This document shows positions 47,253 to 59,572 of a stretch of DNA of 64,000 nt, piece after piece. The notes beneath the pieces were generated by a model. The model was not told the DNA's origin. It saw nothing but the letters and a program-made list of their open reading frames with translations, and did not search any database. Position numbers and translations under genes: made by a program. Origin of the DNA: Candidatus Sericytochromatia bacterium (lineage in GTDB: Bacteria > Cyanobacteriota > Sericytochromatia > S15B-MN24 > UBA4093); the NCBI GenBank assembly GCA_036676495.1, contig JAKFCT010000014.1, positions 64,001-128,000 of the forward strand, in the 5' to 3' direction. Each line of letters begins with the position of its first letter. The first letter of the stretch is position 1.

Positions 47253-48551
47253 TCAGGCCTTGTAGGCGTAGGCGGGCAATGACGCCTCTCCGGCCGTGAA
47301 CTGCTTCCAGCTCACCGGCGCGAGGCCCCGGTCGACCTCGACCATGGAGATGCAGTGCTCCACCGGGCAGACCAGGGAGCAGAGGTTGCAGCCCGTGCAC
47401 TCGTCATGGGCCACGTGAGGCACGCGGTCGAAGCCCGTATCCGGCGCCTTGCCGGTCCCGTCGCCGGGCAGGTAGATGCAGTGGTGGCTGCCGTCCTTGC
47501 AGGCGATGTAGCAAAGCTGGCAGCCGATGCACTTGGCGGGGTCGATGGCGGCAACCACCTTGAAGTTCATGTCGAGGTCTTCCCAGTTCACGAAGCGCGG
47601 GGAGGCGAGGCCCGCGAAGTCCTGGATGGTCCGGTAGCCCTTGGAATCCATCCAGCGGGAGAGGCCATCGATCATGTCCTCGACGATCCGGTAGCCGTGA
47701 TGCATGACGGCCGTGCAGACCTGGACGCTGGTGGCTCCGAGGGCGATGAACTCGGCCGCGTCCTTCCAGGTGCTGATGCCGCCAATCCCCGAGATGGGAA
47801 GGTTGAACTCGGGATGCCGCGCGAGCTGCCCGACCATGTTGAGGGCGATCGGTTTGACGGCGGGGCCGCAGTAGCCGCCGTTGGTGGAGGCGCCGCCGAC
47901 ATTGGGAACCGGGATCATGGTGTCGAGGTCGACGGCCATGACGCTCTTGATGGTGTTGATCAGGCTCACCGCATTGGCGCCGCCGTGCTGGGCCGCCAGC
48001 CCTGGGCGCGTGATGTCCGTGATGTTGGGAGTCAGCTTCACGATCACCGGAACGGTGGAGTAGCGCATGACCCAGTTGGTGATCCGCTCGAGCACCATGG
48101 GTTCCTGGCCAACGGCCGAGCCCATGCCGCGCTCGCACATGCCGTGCGGGCAGCCGAAGTTCAGCTCGAGGCCCTTGGCGCCGTTCGCGATGGAGCGCTC
48201 GATGTTCTCCTTCCACTCGTCCTCGGTCTCGAACATCAGGGAGACGACGGTCGCGTGGTCCGGGTACTTGCGGGTGACCTCCCGGATCTCGGCGTAGTTC
48301 ACGTCGAGGGGGCGATCGGTGATCAGCTCGATGTTGTTGAGGCCCATCATGCGCTGCGTGCCGTAGTCGTTGGCCGCGAAGCGGGCGGAGACGTTGCGGA
48401 TGGGGGTGCCCAGGGTCTTCCAGACCGCGCCTCCCCAGCCGTGGTCGTAGGCGCGCATGATCTGGGCGCCAGTGTTGGTGGGCGGCGCGGAGGCCAGCCA
48501 GAAGGGGTTCGGGGCCTCGATGCCCGCGAAGTTGATGCTCAAATCGGCCAT
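47253..48551 (-). CDS. preA: Dihydropyrimidine dehydrogenase subunit PreA
   Basis: NPFWLASAPPT, NNIELI, LNFGCPHGM, KLTPNI, two C-terminal CxxCxxC ferredoxin motifs. Confidence 0.95.
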   Translation of the reverse strand: MADLSINFAGIEAPNPFWLASAPPTNTGAQIMRAYDHGWGGAVWKTLGTPIRNVSARFAANDYGTQRMMGLNNIELITDRPLDVNYAEIREVTRKYPDHATVVSLMFETEDEWKENIERSIANGAKGLELNFGCPHGMCERGMGSAVGQEPMVLERITNWVMRYSTVPVIVKLTPNITDITRPGLAAQHGGANAVSLINTIKSVMAVDLDTMIPVPNVGGASTNGGYCGPAVKPIALNMVGQLARHPEFNLPISGIGGISTWKDAAEFIALGATSVQVCTAVMHHGYRIVEDMIDGLSRWMDSKGYRTIQDFAGLASPRFVNWEDLDMNFKVVAAIDPAKCIGCQLCYIACKDGSHHCIYLPGDGTGKAPDTGFDRVPHVAHDECTGCNLCSLVCPVEHCISMVEVDRGLAPVSWKQFTAGEASLPAYAYKA

Positions 48552-48570
48552 GGTTTGGCTGCCTCCTTAC

Positions 48571-49932
48571 CTAGCGGGCGCTGACTTCGCGTTCGAGCTT
48601 GCGTGCGGTTTTGAGGTAGGCGTCGATGCCACGGGCGGCGCGCTTCCCTTCGGCGGCGGCATTCACGACCTCTTTGCCGCCGTTGGCGCAGTCCCCGCCG
48701 GCGAAGAACTTTGAAGTGCCCGCCTGAGCGGTGTGGGGGTCGACCGTGACGCGGCCGTTCTCTAGGGTGATGCCGGGAAGGCCCGCGAGCAGGCTCTCCA
48801 GCTTTTCCTGGCCGGTGGCCTTGACCACCAGCTCGGTCTCCAAGGTGAAGAAGCTGTTGGGGACGCGCTCTAGTTTGCCGGAGGGGGACAGTCGCGTGCG
48901 CTCGCATCGCAGGGCGCTCACGTGTCCCTTGCCGTCGAGGGCGACCGGAGCGGCCCAGAACACGAACTCGACACCTTCTTGCCGGGCGGACTTGAGTTCG
49001 TGGGCATAGCCGGACATCTTGCTCTCGCCACGCCGATAGAGCATGGTGACCTTGGGAACCCCCAGGTGCTTCAACTCCCTAACCACGTCGATGGCCGTGT
49101 TGCCCCCGCCGATGACGACGGCATGCCTGATGTCGGGAAGGCGGAAGCCGGGGTCGTTCTTGATCCGCTCGATGAGGGCCACCGCTCCGAGGCATCCGGA
49201 GAGATCCTCGCCGGGCAGCCCCAGTTGCGAATCGGGCCCGAGGCCGACACCGAGGAAGACGGCGTCGTAATCGGCGGCGAGCTTTTCGAATGCGAGATCG
49301 CGGCCCACCTGGACCTGCATGCGGATCTCGAACCCGATGCTCTGGACGTACGCGACCTCGCGCAGGGCCTCTTCGGCGTGAAGCTTGTAGGGGGCGACGC
49401 CCGTGACGTTGAGTCCTCCCGGAATCGCGCGACCCTCGTAGACCACGGCCTCGTGACCCAGGCGAGTGAGTTCGTGAGCGCAGGCGAGGCTGGCGGGACC
49501 CGAGCCGACCAGTGCGACGCGCATGCCGGTGGGGCGGCCCTTCTGGAAGAAGCGTAGGCCGCGATCGTAGGCATAGGTCGTGGCGTGGCGCTGCAGGCGG
49601 CCGATCATGATCGGCGGCTCGCCCATCTGGTTGTAGACGCAGGAGCCGGCGCAGAGGACCTCCACCGGGCAAACCGAGGCACAGGAGTGACCCAGGATGT
49701 TGCTTTCGAGGATCGTTTGCGCGGCGCCTTCGACGTTGCCGGAGCCGATGCGCTTGATGAACTCCGGGATGTTGATGGCCGTGGGGCATGCCTGGATGCA
49801 GGGGGCATCGTGGCAATAGAGGCAACGAAGGGCTTCGGTTTTCGCCTGAGCCTCGGTGAGGAGGGGTTTCAGGTCCGGAATCCGGGATTCCAGTCGGTCT
49901 GCGGGCAGGGCCATGGGGAGGGAGTGGATCAT
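48571..49932 (-). CDS. preT: Dihydropyrimidine dehydrogenase subunit PreT (GltD-like)
   Basis: RCLYCHDAPCIQACP, GSGPA, GGGNTAID, AGGDC..G. Confidence 0.9.
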   Translation of the reverse strand: MIHSLPMALPADRLESRIPDLKPLLTEAQAKTEALRCLYCHDAPCIQACPTAINIPEFIKRIGSGNVEGAAQTILESNILGHSCASVCPVEVLCAGSCVYNQMGEPPIMIGRLQRHATTYAYDRGLRFFQKGRPTGMRVALVGSGPASLACAHELTRLGHEAVVYEGRAIPGGLNVTGVAPYKLHAEEALREVAYVQSIGFEIRMQVQVGRDLAFEKLAADYDAVFLGVGLGPDSQLGLPGEDLSGCLGAVALIERIKNDPGFRLPDIRHAVVIGGGNTAIDVVRELKHLGVPKVTMLYRRGESKMSGYAHELKSARQEGVEFVFWAAPVALDGKGHVSALRCERTRLSPSGKLERVPNSFFTLETELVVKATGQEKLESLLAGLPGITLENGRVTVDPHTAQAGTSKFFAGGDCANGGKEVVNAAAEGKRAARGIDAYLKTARKLEREVSAR

Positions 49933-50189
49933 TCAGGCGGCTCCTTCGACGGCGATGGCGGGGAGGGGGTCCTGCAGACGAGTTCCTTCATATTCGTTTA
50001 TGATGAATGATTTTCGTTTACACTTTACAACAAGCAAACAAGCATGGCAACCTAAAAAAACTTGCCTCACGGCAGATTAAGCGATCCCATGTCACGTCGC
50101 GCGTCATGAGCGAGGCTTTAGCCGTTGGGGCAGGTCCCGGAGACGGGGCGTTTTCCAAGGGGGGCCCCGCCGAAGGAAAGGAGAGCCGC

Positions 50190-51617
50190 ATGAGCCTTCT
50201 CATCAAGAACGGACGGATCGTCACGGCAGTGGACGACTACTTCGCCGACGTCTTGGTCGACGGGGAAGAGGTCGTGATGATCGGGCGGGACCTGCAGGTC
50301 GAATCGGCCCAGGTCATCGACGCCACGGGCCGGCTGGTCATCCCGGGCGGGATCGACCCGCATACCCACATGGAGATGCCCTTCGGAGGGACGACCAGCG
50401 CCGATGACTTCGAGACGGGCACGCGGGCGGCCGCCTTCGGGGGCACGACGACGATCGTCGACTTCGCGATCCAGAGCAAGGGGCGCTCGACGCTCGAAGG
50501 GCTCGAGACCTGGCATGCAAAAGCCGAGGGCAAGGCCGCGATCGATTACGGCTTCCACATGATCGTGACCGACATGCCCGAGTCGCGGCTGGTCGAGATG
50601 GGGCGCTTGGCGGACGAGGGCATCACCAGCTACAAGCTCTTCATGGCCTATCCGGGCGTCCTTTACTCGGATGATGCGACCATCTACCGGGCCATGCGGC
50701 GGGCAGGCGAGGACGGAACGATGATCTGCATGCATGCCGAGAACGGCATCGTGATCGACGAGATCATCCAGCGGGCGCTCGCCGAGGGCAAGACGGCGCC
50801 CAAGTACCATGCGCGGACCCGGCCGACCCGGATGGAGGGCGAGGGGGTGCACCGGGCGATCGCCATCGCTGAGGTCGCCGGAGTGCCCGTCTACATCGTC
50901 CACCTCTCCAGCTCGGATGCCCTCGAAGAGGTCAAGCGGGCGCGCGACCGCGGCATTCACGCCTTCGCCGAGACCTGTCCCCAGTACCTCTTCCTCGACG
51001 AGACCTCCTACGACGCTCCCGGATTCGAAGGGGCCAAGTACGTCATGACGCCCGCCCTGCGCGAGAAGTGGAACCAGGACGAACTCTGGAAGGGACTACA
51101 GTTCGGCGACCTCCACACGATCGCCACGGACCACTGCCCCTTCTGCTTTTCCGGTCAGAAGGAGCTGGGGCGCCAGGACTTCTCGAAGATCCCCAACGGC
51201 GCGCCCGGCGTCGAGAACCGCATGAGCCTGCTTTACAACGGCGGCGTCGTCGGAGGGCGCATCAGCGTCAACAAGTTCGTCGAGTTGACCAGCACGGCCG
51301 CCGCTAAGATGTTCGGAATGTTTCCGCGGAAAGGCACCATCGCCGTGGGCTCGGATGCGGATCTCGTGATCTTCAACCCCGAGCGCAAGGAGACGATCAG
51401 CGTGGCCAACCCGCATACCCACCACATGAACGTCGACTACAACACCTTCGAAGGTTTCGAGGTCCAGGGCTTCCCGGAGATCGTCATCTCGCGGGGGCAG
51501 GTGATCGTCGAGGACAACACCTTCCTGGGACGCTCGGGAGCGGGCCGCTTCATCAAGCGGGCGCGCTACGGGGATCTGCTACGACCCACCCGTTCGGGGC
51601 TGCTCGCGACCCGCTGA
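50190..51617 (+). CDS. hydA: Dihydropyrimidinase (D-hydantoinase)
   Basis: PGGIDPHTH, YKLFMAY, HAENG, ETCPQYL, ATDHCPF, KIPNG. Confidence 0.95.
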   Translation: MSLLIKNGRIVTAVDDYFADVLVDGEEVVMIGRDLQVESAQVIDATGRLVIPGGIDPHTHMEMPFGGTTSADDFETGTRAAAFGGTTTIVDFAIQSKGRSTLEGLETWHAKAEGKAAIDYGFHMIVTDMPESRLVEMGRLADEGITSYKLFMAYPGVLYSDDATIYRAMRRAGEDGTMICMHAENGIVIDEIIQRALAEGKTAPKYHARTRPTRMEGEGVHRAIAIAEVAGVPVYIVHLSSSDALEEVKRARDRGIHAFAETCPQYLFLDETSYDAPGFEGAKYVMTPALREKWNQDELWKGLQFGDLHTIATDHCPFCFSGQKELGRQDFSKIPNGAPGVENRMSLLYNGGVVGGRISVNKFVELTSTAAAKMFGMFPRKGTIAVGSDADLVIFNPERKETISVANPHTHHMNVDYNTFEGFEVQGFPEIVISRGQVIVEDNTFLGRSGAGRFIKRARYGDLLRPTRSGLLATR

Positions 51618-51682
51618 GGCGGCCCCCCGCGGGATCCGAGGGCGGCGATTCGGGCTTTTCAGCGCGAATTGCCGCCCTCCCC

Positions 51683-51711
51683 TTCAAGCCATGCAGGCTT
51701 CGCCGTATAAT
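51683..51711 (+). promoter_or_regulatory. Sigma70 promoter, probably leaderless
   Basis: TTCAAG-17 nt-TATAAT, with the ATG 7 nt downstream. Confidence 0.55.
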
Positions 51712-51718
51712 CGAGGAG

Positions 51719-52486
51719 ATGAGAAAACACCTGAGATTCAATACCCACGCCGGAAAGGACAAGCCGTTCACGATCGATGGTCGCGACACGGAGTGCCCGT
51801 TCTGCGACCGCAGCCGCCTGGTCGACATCCTGGATGAAGAAGGCCCGATCATCCTGCTCAAGAACAAGTTCCCCGTCCTCGAGGACACCTTCCAGACCGT
51901 GATCATCGAGACGGAGACCTGCGACGCCGAACTTTCGACCTATTCCAAGGAGCATCTTCACCATGTCGTGCGCTTCGGCGTGGAGAAGTGGCAGGCGATG
52001 ATCGCGAGCGGGGCGTACCGCTCGGTGGTCTTCTACAAGAACCACGGACCGCACTCCGGGGGAAGCCTCCGCCATCCCCATATGCAGATCGTCGGCCTGA
52101 ACCAGGTCGACTACCGCCAGAACGTCACCGACACCGACTTCCAAGGCCTGGTCATCGACCGGCAGCCCGGAGTCGAGTTCAACCTCTCGACGCATCCGCG
52201 CATGGGCTTCACCGAGCTCAACGTGCTGCTATCGGACCCGACACGGATCGATCTCATGGCCGATTACCTCCAGGTCGCGGCCCATTACGCGCTGCATCAC
52301 TTCAACGCGCACTGCAGCAGCTACAACCTCTTCTTTTACGAGCGCGAGGACGGGATCGCAGCCAAGCTCATCCCCCGATTCGTCGTGGGCCCGCTCTTCG
52401 TCGGCTTCTCGATTCCCCAGGTGACCAATCGCCTCGAGGAGATCGTGGAGTCCGTTCGCAGGCACTACTTCGATCCTCAGGGCTAG
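51719..52486 (+). CDS. DUF4931 / GalT-like HIT-fold nucleotidyltransferase
   Basis: CPFC, NKFPVL, KNHGPHSGGSLRHPHMQIVG (HxHxQ). Confidence 0.8.
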   Translation: MRKHLRFNTHAGKDKPFTIDGRDTECPFCDRSRLVDILDEEGPIILLKNKFPVLEDTFQTVIIETETCDAELSTYSKEHLHHVVRFGVEKWQAMIASGAYRSVVFYKNHGPHSGGSLRHPHMQIVGLNQVDYRQNVTDTDFQGLVIDRQPGVEFNLSTHPRMGFTELNVLLSDPTRIDLMADYLQVAAHYALHHFNAHCSSYNLFFYEREDGIAAKLIPRFVVGPLFVGFSIPQVTNRLEEIVESVRRHYFDPQG

Positions 52487-52579
52487 CCACGAGCGCGCCG
52501 CCTAGTCTTGGCGGCGTGATCGTGCTAGATTGAGGTGTTTCATTGCATTCCACATCTTCCTTCAAGGGGTTTCGAGACC

Positions 52580-54271
<1,692 letters not shown>

Positions 54272-54300
54272 GCCCGAGTTGCGGCTTCGGTGAGGGGTAT

Positions 54301-54329
54301 GAGGCCAGACGAGCATCTCGTCTGGCCTC
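54301..54329 (+). terminator. Hairpin after glnS
   Basis: gaggccagacgag-cat-ctcgtctggcctc. Confidence 0.6.
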
Positions 54330-54429
54330 TCCTGTTGCCGGGGGCCGCGACCCCACCGCGCTTGATCCCCATGGCGACATGGGACTAAGCTAGTTTCGGA
54401 GCCCTCTCGTTCACCCAGGAGAATGCGCC

Positions 54430-56571
54430 TTGGCCGTAACAACCGAAAGCCCGGTAGCAGACGATTCGGGCTTCAAGCCCTACGTCTCCCCCCATGAACA
54501 CCCCCGCGAACTCACCGTGCGTGCGGTGGCCCTCGGCGCCTTGCTCGGCATCGTCTTCGCCGCCTCCTCGGTCTACCTCGCCCTCAAGGTCGGCATGACC
54601 GTCAGCGCCAGCATCCCCATCGCGGTGCTGGCCATTACCGTCTTCCGGCTCTTCGGCCGAGCCAGCATCCTCGAAAACAACGTCGTCCAGACCACCGGGT
54701 CGGCCGGGGAATCCATCGCCGCCGGCGTGGCCTTCACCTTGCCGGCCCTGCTGCTCATGGGACAGGACCTCGAAATCATCCGCGTCCTCATGGTCGCCCT
54801 GCTCGGCGGCCTCCTGGGCGTCCTGATGATGATTCCCCTCCGCCAGGGCCTGATCGTCCAGGAGCACGGGAAGCTCACCTATCCGGAAGGCACCGCCTGC
54901 GCCGACGTCCTGATCGTCGGCGAGGAGCAAGGCACCAACGCGAAGACCGTCTTCACCGGCTTCTTCCTGGGTGCGCTTTACAAGATCCTCAACGCCGGAA
55001 CCCACCTCTGGAAGGAAGCGCCCGGCTGGATGATCCCCGGCTACAAGGGCGGATCCGTCGCCGCCGAGGTCTCCCCCGAGCTCCTGGGCGTCGGCTACAT
55101 CATCGGCCTGCGCACCGCCGCGACCATGCTGGCCGGCGGCGTGCTGAGCTTCCTGATCCTGATCCCGGCCATCAAGATCTTCGGATCGGGGCTCACCACC
55201 CCGATCTTCCCGGCGACCACCCTGATCGCCGACATGAGCCCCGCCGAGATCCGCAACGCCTACATCCTCTACATCGGCGCAGGCGCCGTCGCGACCGGCG
55301 GCATCATCAGCCTGATTCGCTCCTTCCCGACCATCATCCGCGCCTTCAAGCGCGGGCTTGGCACGCTGCTCGAATCCCGCAAGGGAGCCGAGGCCCAGGC
55401 GGCGACGGGCTTGCGGACGGAACGCGATCTGCCCATGACCGTGGTGCTCTTCGGCAGCCTCGCCATCGCGCTCGCGATCGCCGTCGCGCCGGTCCTGCAG
55501 ATCCACCCGCTCTCCGCGGTGCTGATCGTCATCTTCAGCTTCTTCTTCGTCACGGTCTCCAGCCGGATCACCGGCGAGATCGGCTCGTCCTCCAACCCCA
55601 TCTCGGGCATGACTGTTGCCACCCTGCTCATCACCTGCCTCTTGTTCCTGGCCATCGGCTGGACGGGCGTCGATTACAAGGCCATGGCGCTTTCCACGGC
55701 CGCCATCGTCTGCATCGCGGCCTCCACGGGCGGGACCACCAGCCAGGACCTCAAGACCGGCTACCTGGTCGGCGCCACCCCGAAGGCCCAGCAGATCGGC
55801 ATCAGCATCGGGGTCGTCACCAGCGCCCTGGTCATCGGCTGGACGCTTCTCTTCCTCAACCAGGCCTACACAACCGTCGTGCCGCGCGCCTTCCCCGGCT
55901 TCACGGCCCCCGTGGCCGCCGAGGCGCAGACCCAGGCCGGCCCCGACGGCAAGACCTATCAGGTTCATTACCAGCGCACCATCGAAGGGTCGGTTCCGGT
56001 CGGCAAGTACCTGGTCGATGACGCGGGGCAGATCGCTTACCTGGTCGATCCCGGCATCGGTGGGGTCGTCACCGAGGTGGACGGAAAGCATGTCACCAAG
56101 CTCGACGCTCCCAAGGCCCGCCTCTTCAGCATGATCATCGACGGCATCCTCACGCAGCAGCTTCCCTGGGGGCTGGTGCTGATCGGCGTCTTCCTCGCCT
56201 TGATGATGGAGCTTTGCGGCGTCTCCTCGTTGCCGTTCGCCGTCGGAGCGTACCTGCCCATCGCCACCTCGATGCCGATCATGGTGGGAGGTCTGATCCG
56301 CCACTTCGTCGATCGACGCAACAAGGCTGCGAAGTCCGAGAACTCCGAGTTCGCCCCGGGCGTCCTCCTGTCGTCGGGCCTGATCGCCGGCGGCGCGCTC
56401 GCGGGCGTCCTGGTCGCGGGCCTCTCCGGGGCCAACCTCACGGACTTCATGAACCTCGCCCCGCTCGTCGGGCCGATTGCCGAGAGTGACGCCGCAGCGC
56501 TCCTGCCCTTCGGAATCCTGGTGGCCGTCCTCTGGATGACCGGCCGCAAGCGCTCGACTCCCACGGCCTAG
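54430..56571 (+). CDS. OPT family oligopeptide transporter
   Basis: [46 protein letters not shown]. Confidence 0.93.
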   Translation: MAVTTESPVADDSGFKPYVSPHEHPRELTVRAVALGALLGIVFAASSVYLALKVGMTVSASIPIAVLAITVFRLFGRASILENNVVQTTGSAGESIAAGVAFTLPALLLMGQDLEIIRVLMVALLGGLLGVLMMIPLRQGLIVQEHGKLTYPEGTACADVLIVGEEQGTNAKTVFTGFFLGALYKILNAGTHLWKEAPGWMIPGYKGGSVAAEVSPELLGVGYIIGLRTAATMLAGGVLSFLILIPAIKIFGSGLTTPIFPATTLIADMSPAEIRNAYILYIGAGAVATGGIISLIRSFPTIIRAFKRGLGTLLESRKGAEAQAATGLRTERDLPMTVVLFGSLAIALAIAVAPVLQIHPLSAVLIVIFSFFFVTVSSRITGEIGSSSNPISGMTVATLLITCLLFLAIGWTGVDYKAMALSTAAIVCIAASTGGTTSQDLKTGYLVGATPKAQQIGISIGVVTSALVIGWTLLFLNQAYTTVVPRAFPGFTAPVAAEAQTQAGPDGKTYQVHYQRTIEGSVPVGKYLVDDAGQIAYLVDPGIGGVVTEVDGKHVTKLDAPKARLFSMIIDGILTQQLPWGLVLIGVFLALMMELCGVSSLPFAVGAYLPIATSMPIMVGGLIRHFVDRRNKAAKSENSEFAPGVLLSSGLIAGGALAGVLVAGLSGANLTDFMNLAPLVGPIAESDAAALLPFGILVAVLWMTGRKRSTPTA

Positions 56572-56580
56572 GCCTTCTCC

Positions 56581-56619
56581 ATCCCCCCTGCTCGGGCAAT
56601 CGGCTTGAGCAGGGGGGAT
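56581..56619 (+). terminator. Hairpin after the OPT gene
   Basis: atcccccctgctc...gagcaggggggat. Confidence 0.65.
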
Positions 56620-56797
56620 TGGCTTGTCATGAGTGCGAAAGCTTTATTACTAGACCATCAGCAGGTATGATGATACCCATAAGGGCCGTCCAATGCATGC
56701 TTTCGGACAGGAACCCACAGGCCGGGCCCGCTGAACGGGAACCGAAACGTCGCCCGATTTCACCGAGACCCCGTCGTCGAGGAGGTACGCAACAGTC

Positions 56798-58903
56798 ATG
56801 GTTCATCGTCTCATCGCGGCCATCAAAGGCCAGCTCGTCGTCCGCATCGCGCTCTTCATCTTCATCGTCTTCGGGCTGTTCCTGACCGCGTTCAGCGCCT
56901 TCAGCATCCTGCAGTCGACGGCGAAGCTCGAAGAAGCGGCCACCCTCAAGGGGAAAGCGATGGCGCGGCAAGGCGCGACGATGACCCAGTTCGCCTTCGA
57001 AACGGCGATCCGCAACGGGACGATCACGGAGGCCGAGCTCTTCGACTCGCAGCTTCAGGAGATTCCCGGAAGCCAGCCCAAGAAGTACCATTCGCGCTAC
57101 GACGCCTTCACGGACGCGACCTTGAAGCCCCTTCAGAACGTCTTCCTCGAGGATGAAGGGGTGGTCTTCGCGATCGCGGCCGAGCGGAGCGGCTACGTCC
57201 CGACCCATAACGTCCTTGAGCGCTCCAAGCGACGCTTCGACGATCCGGTAGGACTCGCCTCGGCCCAGAACACCCAGGGGCAGCTGGTTCAGGACTACCG
57301 TCGCGACAGCGGCGAGCGTATCGCGGACATCTCGAGCCCCATCACGGTGAACGGCCGCCACTGGGGGGCCTTCCGGGTCGGCCTCTCGAAGGAGGCGCTG
57401 GACCGGCATGCGCTCTCCGTCTGGCTCACCATGGGAATCACGGGGACGATGGTCGTCCTCATCGAGAGCCTGCTCATTGCCTACCTGCTGCGCGTCTCGC
57501 TGCGCCCCCTCGCGAAGATGGAGCGCGCCGTGGCCGGCATTGCCGCCGGGAACCTCGACCAGCGCATCGAGGTGACGAGCGAGGACGAGGTGGGCCGCAT
57601 CGCGAAGAGCCTCCAGCTCATGGTCACCAACCTTCGCGGGATGATTCATGGAGTCCGCTCGGCCGCGCAAGTGGTCGAGGGCAACGTCCTGCGCATCGGA
57701 GACAGCGCCCAGCACCTCTCGGACTCGGCCAGCTCCCAGACGGCTATCGCCGAGGGCACCTCGCGCTCGATGCGCGAGATGGCCGGCAGCATCCAGCAGG
57801 TCGCCCGCAACGCGGACGTGCTCGCGGGGAACGTCGAAGTGACCTCCAGCGCGATCGAGCAGATGGCGGCCAGCACGCGGCAGGTCGCCGCCAACGCCGA
57901 GACCCTGGGCTCGACCATGGACGAGACCTCGGCTGCCATCGAGGAGATGGCCAGCAGCATCCAGCAGGTCGCCCTCAACGTCGAGGAGACGCACCATGTC
58001 TCGGGGCTGGCCGCCGAAGCGGCGCATGACGGCCGCCTCGCCGTCGACCAGACCTTGCATGGCATGCAGCGGATCGACCAGACCATGCGCGACGTCATCG
58101 CCGCCATGGACCGCCTGGACAAGAGCTCGGCGGAGATCGGGCAGATCATCGAGGTGATCGAGGAGATTGCCGACCAGACCAACCTGCTGGCCCTGAACGC
58201 CGCCATCGAGGCGGCCCGGGCGGGAGAGGCGGGCCGCGGGTTCGCCGTGGTCGCCGACGAGGTGCGCAAGCTTGCCGAGCGCTCGGCGCGGGCCACCGGC
58301 GAGATCGCCACCCTCATCAAGGGCATCCAGCAGGAGGCTTCCCAGGCGATCGCCTCCACCCGCGAGGGCGACGCGGCCATCCGTCAGGGCACCGGCCTCG
58401 CGGAAAAGGCGGAGCGCTCGTTGACGGCCATCGTCACCTCGGTGGACAAGGCCAGCGACCTGATGGGTCAGGTGAGCCTGGCCACCCAGGAGCAGGCCAA
58501 GGCGGCCAACCTGATCACCCAGGCCGTCCGTCGCATGACCGCCCTCTCCATCCAGGTCACGGAAGCCACCCGCGAAGAGGCCTCCGCCGCCGCCCAGATC
58601 ATCGAGGCCGTCGAGACCATGAACCACATGACCCAGCAGGTCACCTCGGCCACCGCCCAGCAGCGGCAGGAATGCGATCAAACCGTCGCCGCCTCCGAGG
58701 AGATCCTGGCCGCGTCCCGCGAGACGGCCGGCGCCAGCCAGCTCATCTCGCGCGAGGTCGGTGACGTGAAGCAGCAGGTGAAGGCCCTCATGGACTCCAT
58801 CGCCTACTTCCGGGAAAGCGCCGCTGAGTTGCAAGCGGCCATGCCCGGAAACACCGGCGAGCAGACCCTGCGCATCCCGGCCTCGCGCGTGCCGCAGGCC
58901 TGA
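56798..58903 (+). CDS. Methyl-accepting chemotaxis protein
   Basis: Two TM helices, periplasmic sensor domain, [39 protein letters not shown]. Confidence 0.95.
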   Translation: MVHRLIAAIKGQLVVRIALFIFIVFGLFLTAFSAFSILQSTAKLEEAATLKGKAMARQGATMTQFAFETAIRNGTITEAELFDSQLQEIPGSQPKKYHSRYDAFTDATLKPLQNVFLEDEGVVFAIAAERSGYVPTHNVLERSKRRFDDPVGLASAQNTQGQLVQDYRRDSGERIADISSPITVNGRHWGAFRVGLSKEALDRHALSVWLTMGITGTMVVLIESLLIAYLLRVSLRPLAKMERAVAGIAAGNLDQRIEVTSEDEVGRIAKSLQLMVTNLRGMIHGVRSAAQVVEGNVLRIGDSAQHLSDSASSQTAIAEGTSRSMREMAGSIQQVARNADVLAGNVEVTSSAIEQMAASTRQVAANAETLGSTMDETSAAIEEMASSIQQVALNVEETHHVSGLAAEAAHDGRLAVDQTLHGMQRIDQTMRDVIAAMDRLDKSSAEIGQIIEVIEEIADQTNLLALNAAIEAARAGEAGRGFAVVADEVRKLAERSARATGEIATLIKGIQQEASQAIASTREGDAAIRQGTGLAEKAERSLTAIVTSVDKASDLMGQVSLATQEQAKAANLITQAVRRMTALSIQVTEATREEASAAAQIIEAVETMNHMTQQVTSATAQQRQECDQTVAASEEILAASRETAGASQLISREVGDVKQQVKALMDSIAYFRESAAELQAAMPGNTGEQTLRIPASRVPQA

Positions 58904-58909
58904 TGCGTC

Positions 58910-58938
58910 TTGCCAGCCTATACCGTTCGGTATAAACT
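58910..58938 (+). promoter_or_regulatory. Promoter with embedded TetR operator (TATACCG-N2-CGGTATA)
   Basis: TTGCCA-17-TAAACT; palindrome at 58919-58934 lies in the spacer; ATG 6 nt after the -10. Confidence 0.75.
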
Positions 58939-58944
58939 GGCTGC

Positions 58945-59520
58945 ATGCTCGCGCTCGATAACCGCCAACGGCTGCTTCAGGTGGCCCTCACCCGCTTCGC
59001 CTCCCGCGGCTACGACGCCGCGGGAGTGCAGGAGATCGTGGCCGAAGCGGGGGTCACCAAGCCCACGCTCTACCATTACTTCGGCAGCAAAGTCGGCTTG
59101 CTCGAAGCGCTGATTCGCGAGGGGACCCGGGACTACCTGGAGGCACTAGCCGCCGCCACCCGTTACGCGGGGGACTTGACCCAGTCCCTCATGCGGGTGA
59201 CGGCATTGACCCTGGAGTTCGCCCAGCGCCGACCGGACCTCTACCGCTTCCTGCTGATGCTGCTCTTCCTCCCCGAGACGCATGAAGCCCGGCGGGCAGC
59301 CGCCCCGATATTCGATAAGCAGCTTCAGCTTCTCGAGGCGATGTTCGCGGACGCCGCGCGCCAGCACGGCAACATGGCCGGGCGTCAGCAGCGCTACGCC
59401 ACGACCTTCCACGGCCACCTCAACAGCTACGCCGTGCTCGTCATGAACGGCGTCCTCAAGGACGACGACCGCCTGCGGCATGACCTCGTTCACCAGTTCA
59501 GCCACGGGATCTACTCGTGA
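58945..59520 (+). CDS. TetR/AcrR family regulator
   Basis: GYDAAGVQEIVAEAGVTKPTLYHYFGSK. Confidence 0.93.
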   Translation: MLALDNRQRLLQVALTRFASRGYDAAGVQEIVAEAGVTKPTLYHYFGSKVGLLEALIREGTRDYLEALAAATRYAGDLTQSLMRVTALTLEFAQRRPDLYRFLLMLLFLPETHEARRAAAPIFDKQLQLLEAMFADAARQHGNMAGRQQRYATTFHGHLNSYAVLVMNGVLKDDDRLRHDLVHQFSHGIYS

Positions 59521-59536
59521 CTTTTTTTGCCCCCGC

Positions 59537-59552
59537 TATACCGACCGGTATG
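59537..59552 (+). promoter_or_regulatory. Second copy of the TetR operator
   Basis: TATACCG-ac-CGGTATG upstream of the GH13 gene. Confidence 0.7.
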
Positions 59553-59572
59553 TACCTCGCAAGGAGCGCCCC

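Noticed and set aside
50040-50070. Sigma54 promoter (TGGCA...TTGC) upstream of hydA
   Set aside because: The GG-to-GC spacing is far longer than the required 10 nt; it reads better as an inverted repeat.
56620-56797. c-di-GMP riboswitch or sigma28 promoter upstream of the MCP gene
   Set aside because: No GEMM consensus and only a weak partial GCCGAT-like match.
57720-58020. Repeated 'gagatggcc(g/a)gcagcatccagcaggtcgcc' segments
   Set aside because: These are internal heptad/methylation-helix repeats of the MCP coding sequence, ordinary for long chemoreceptors.
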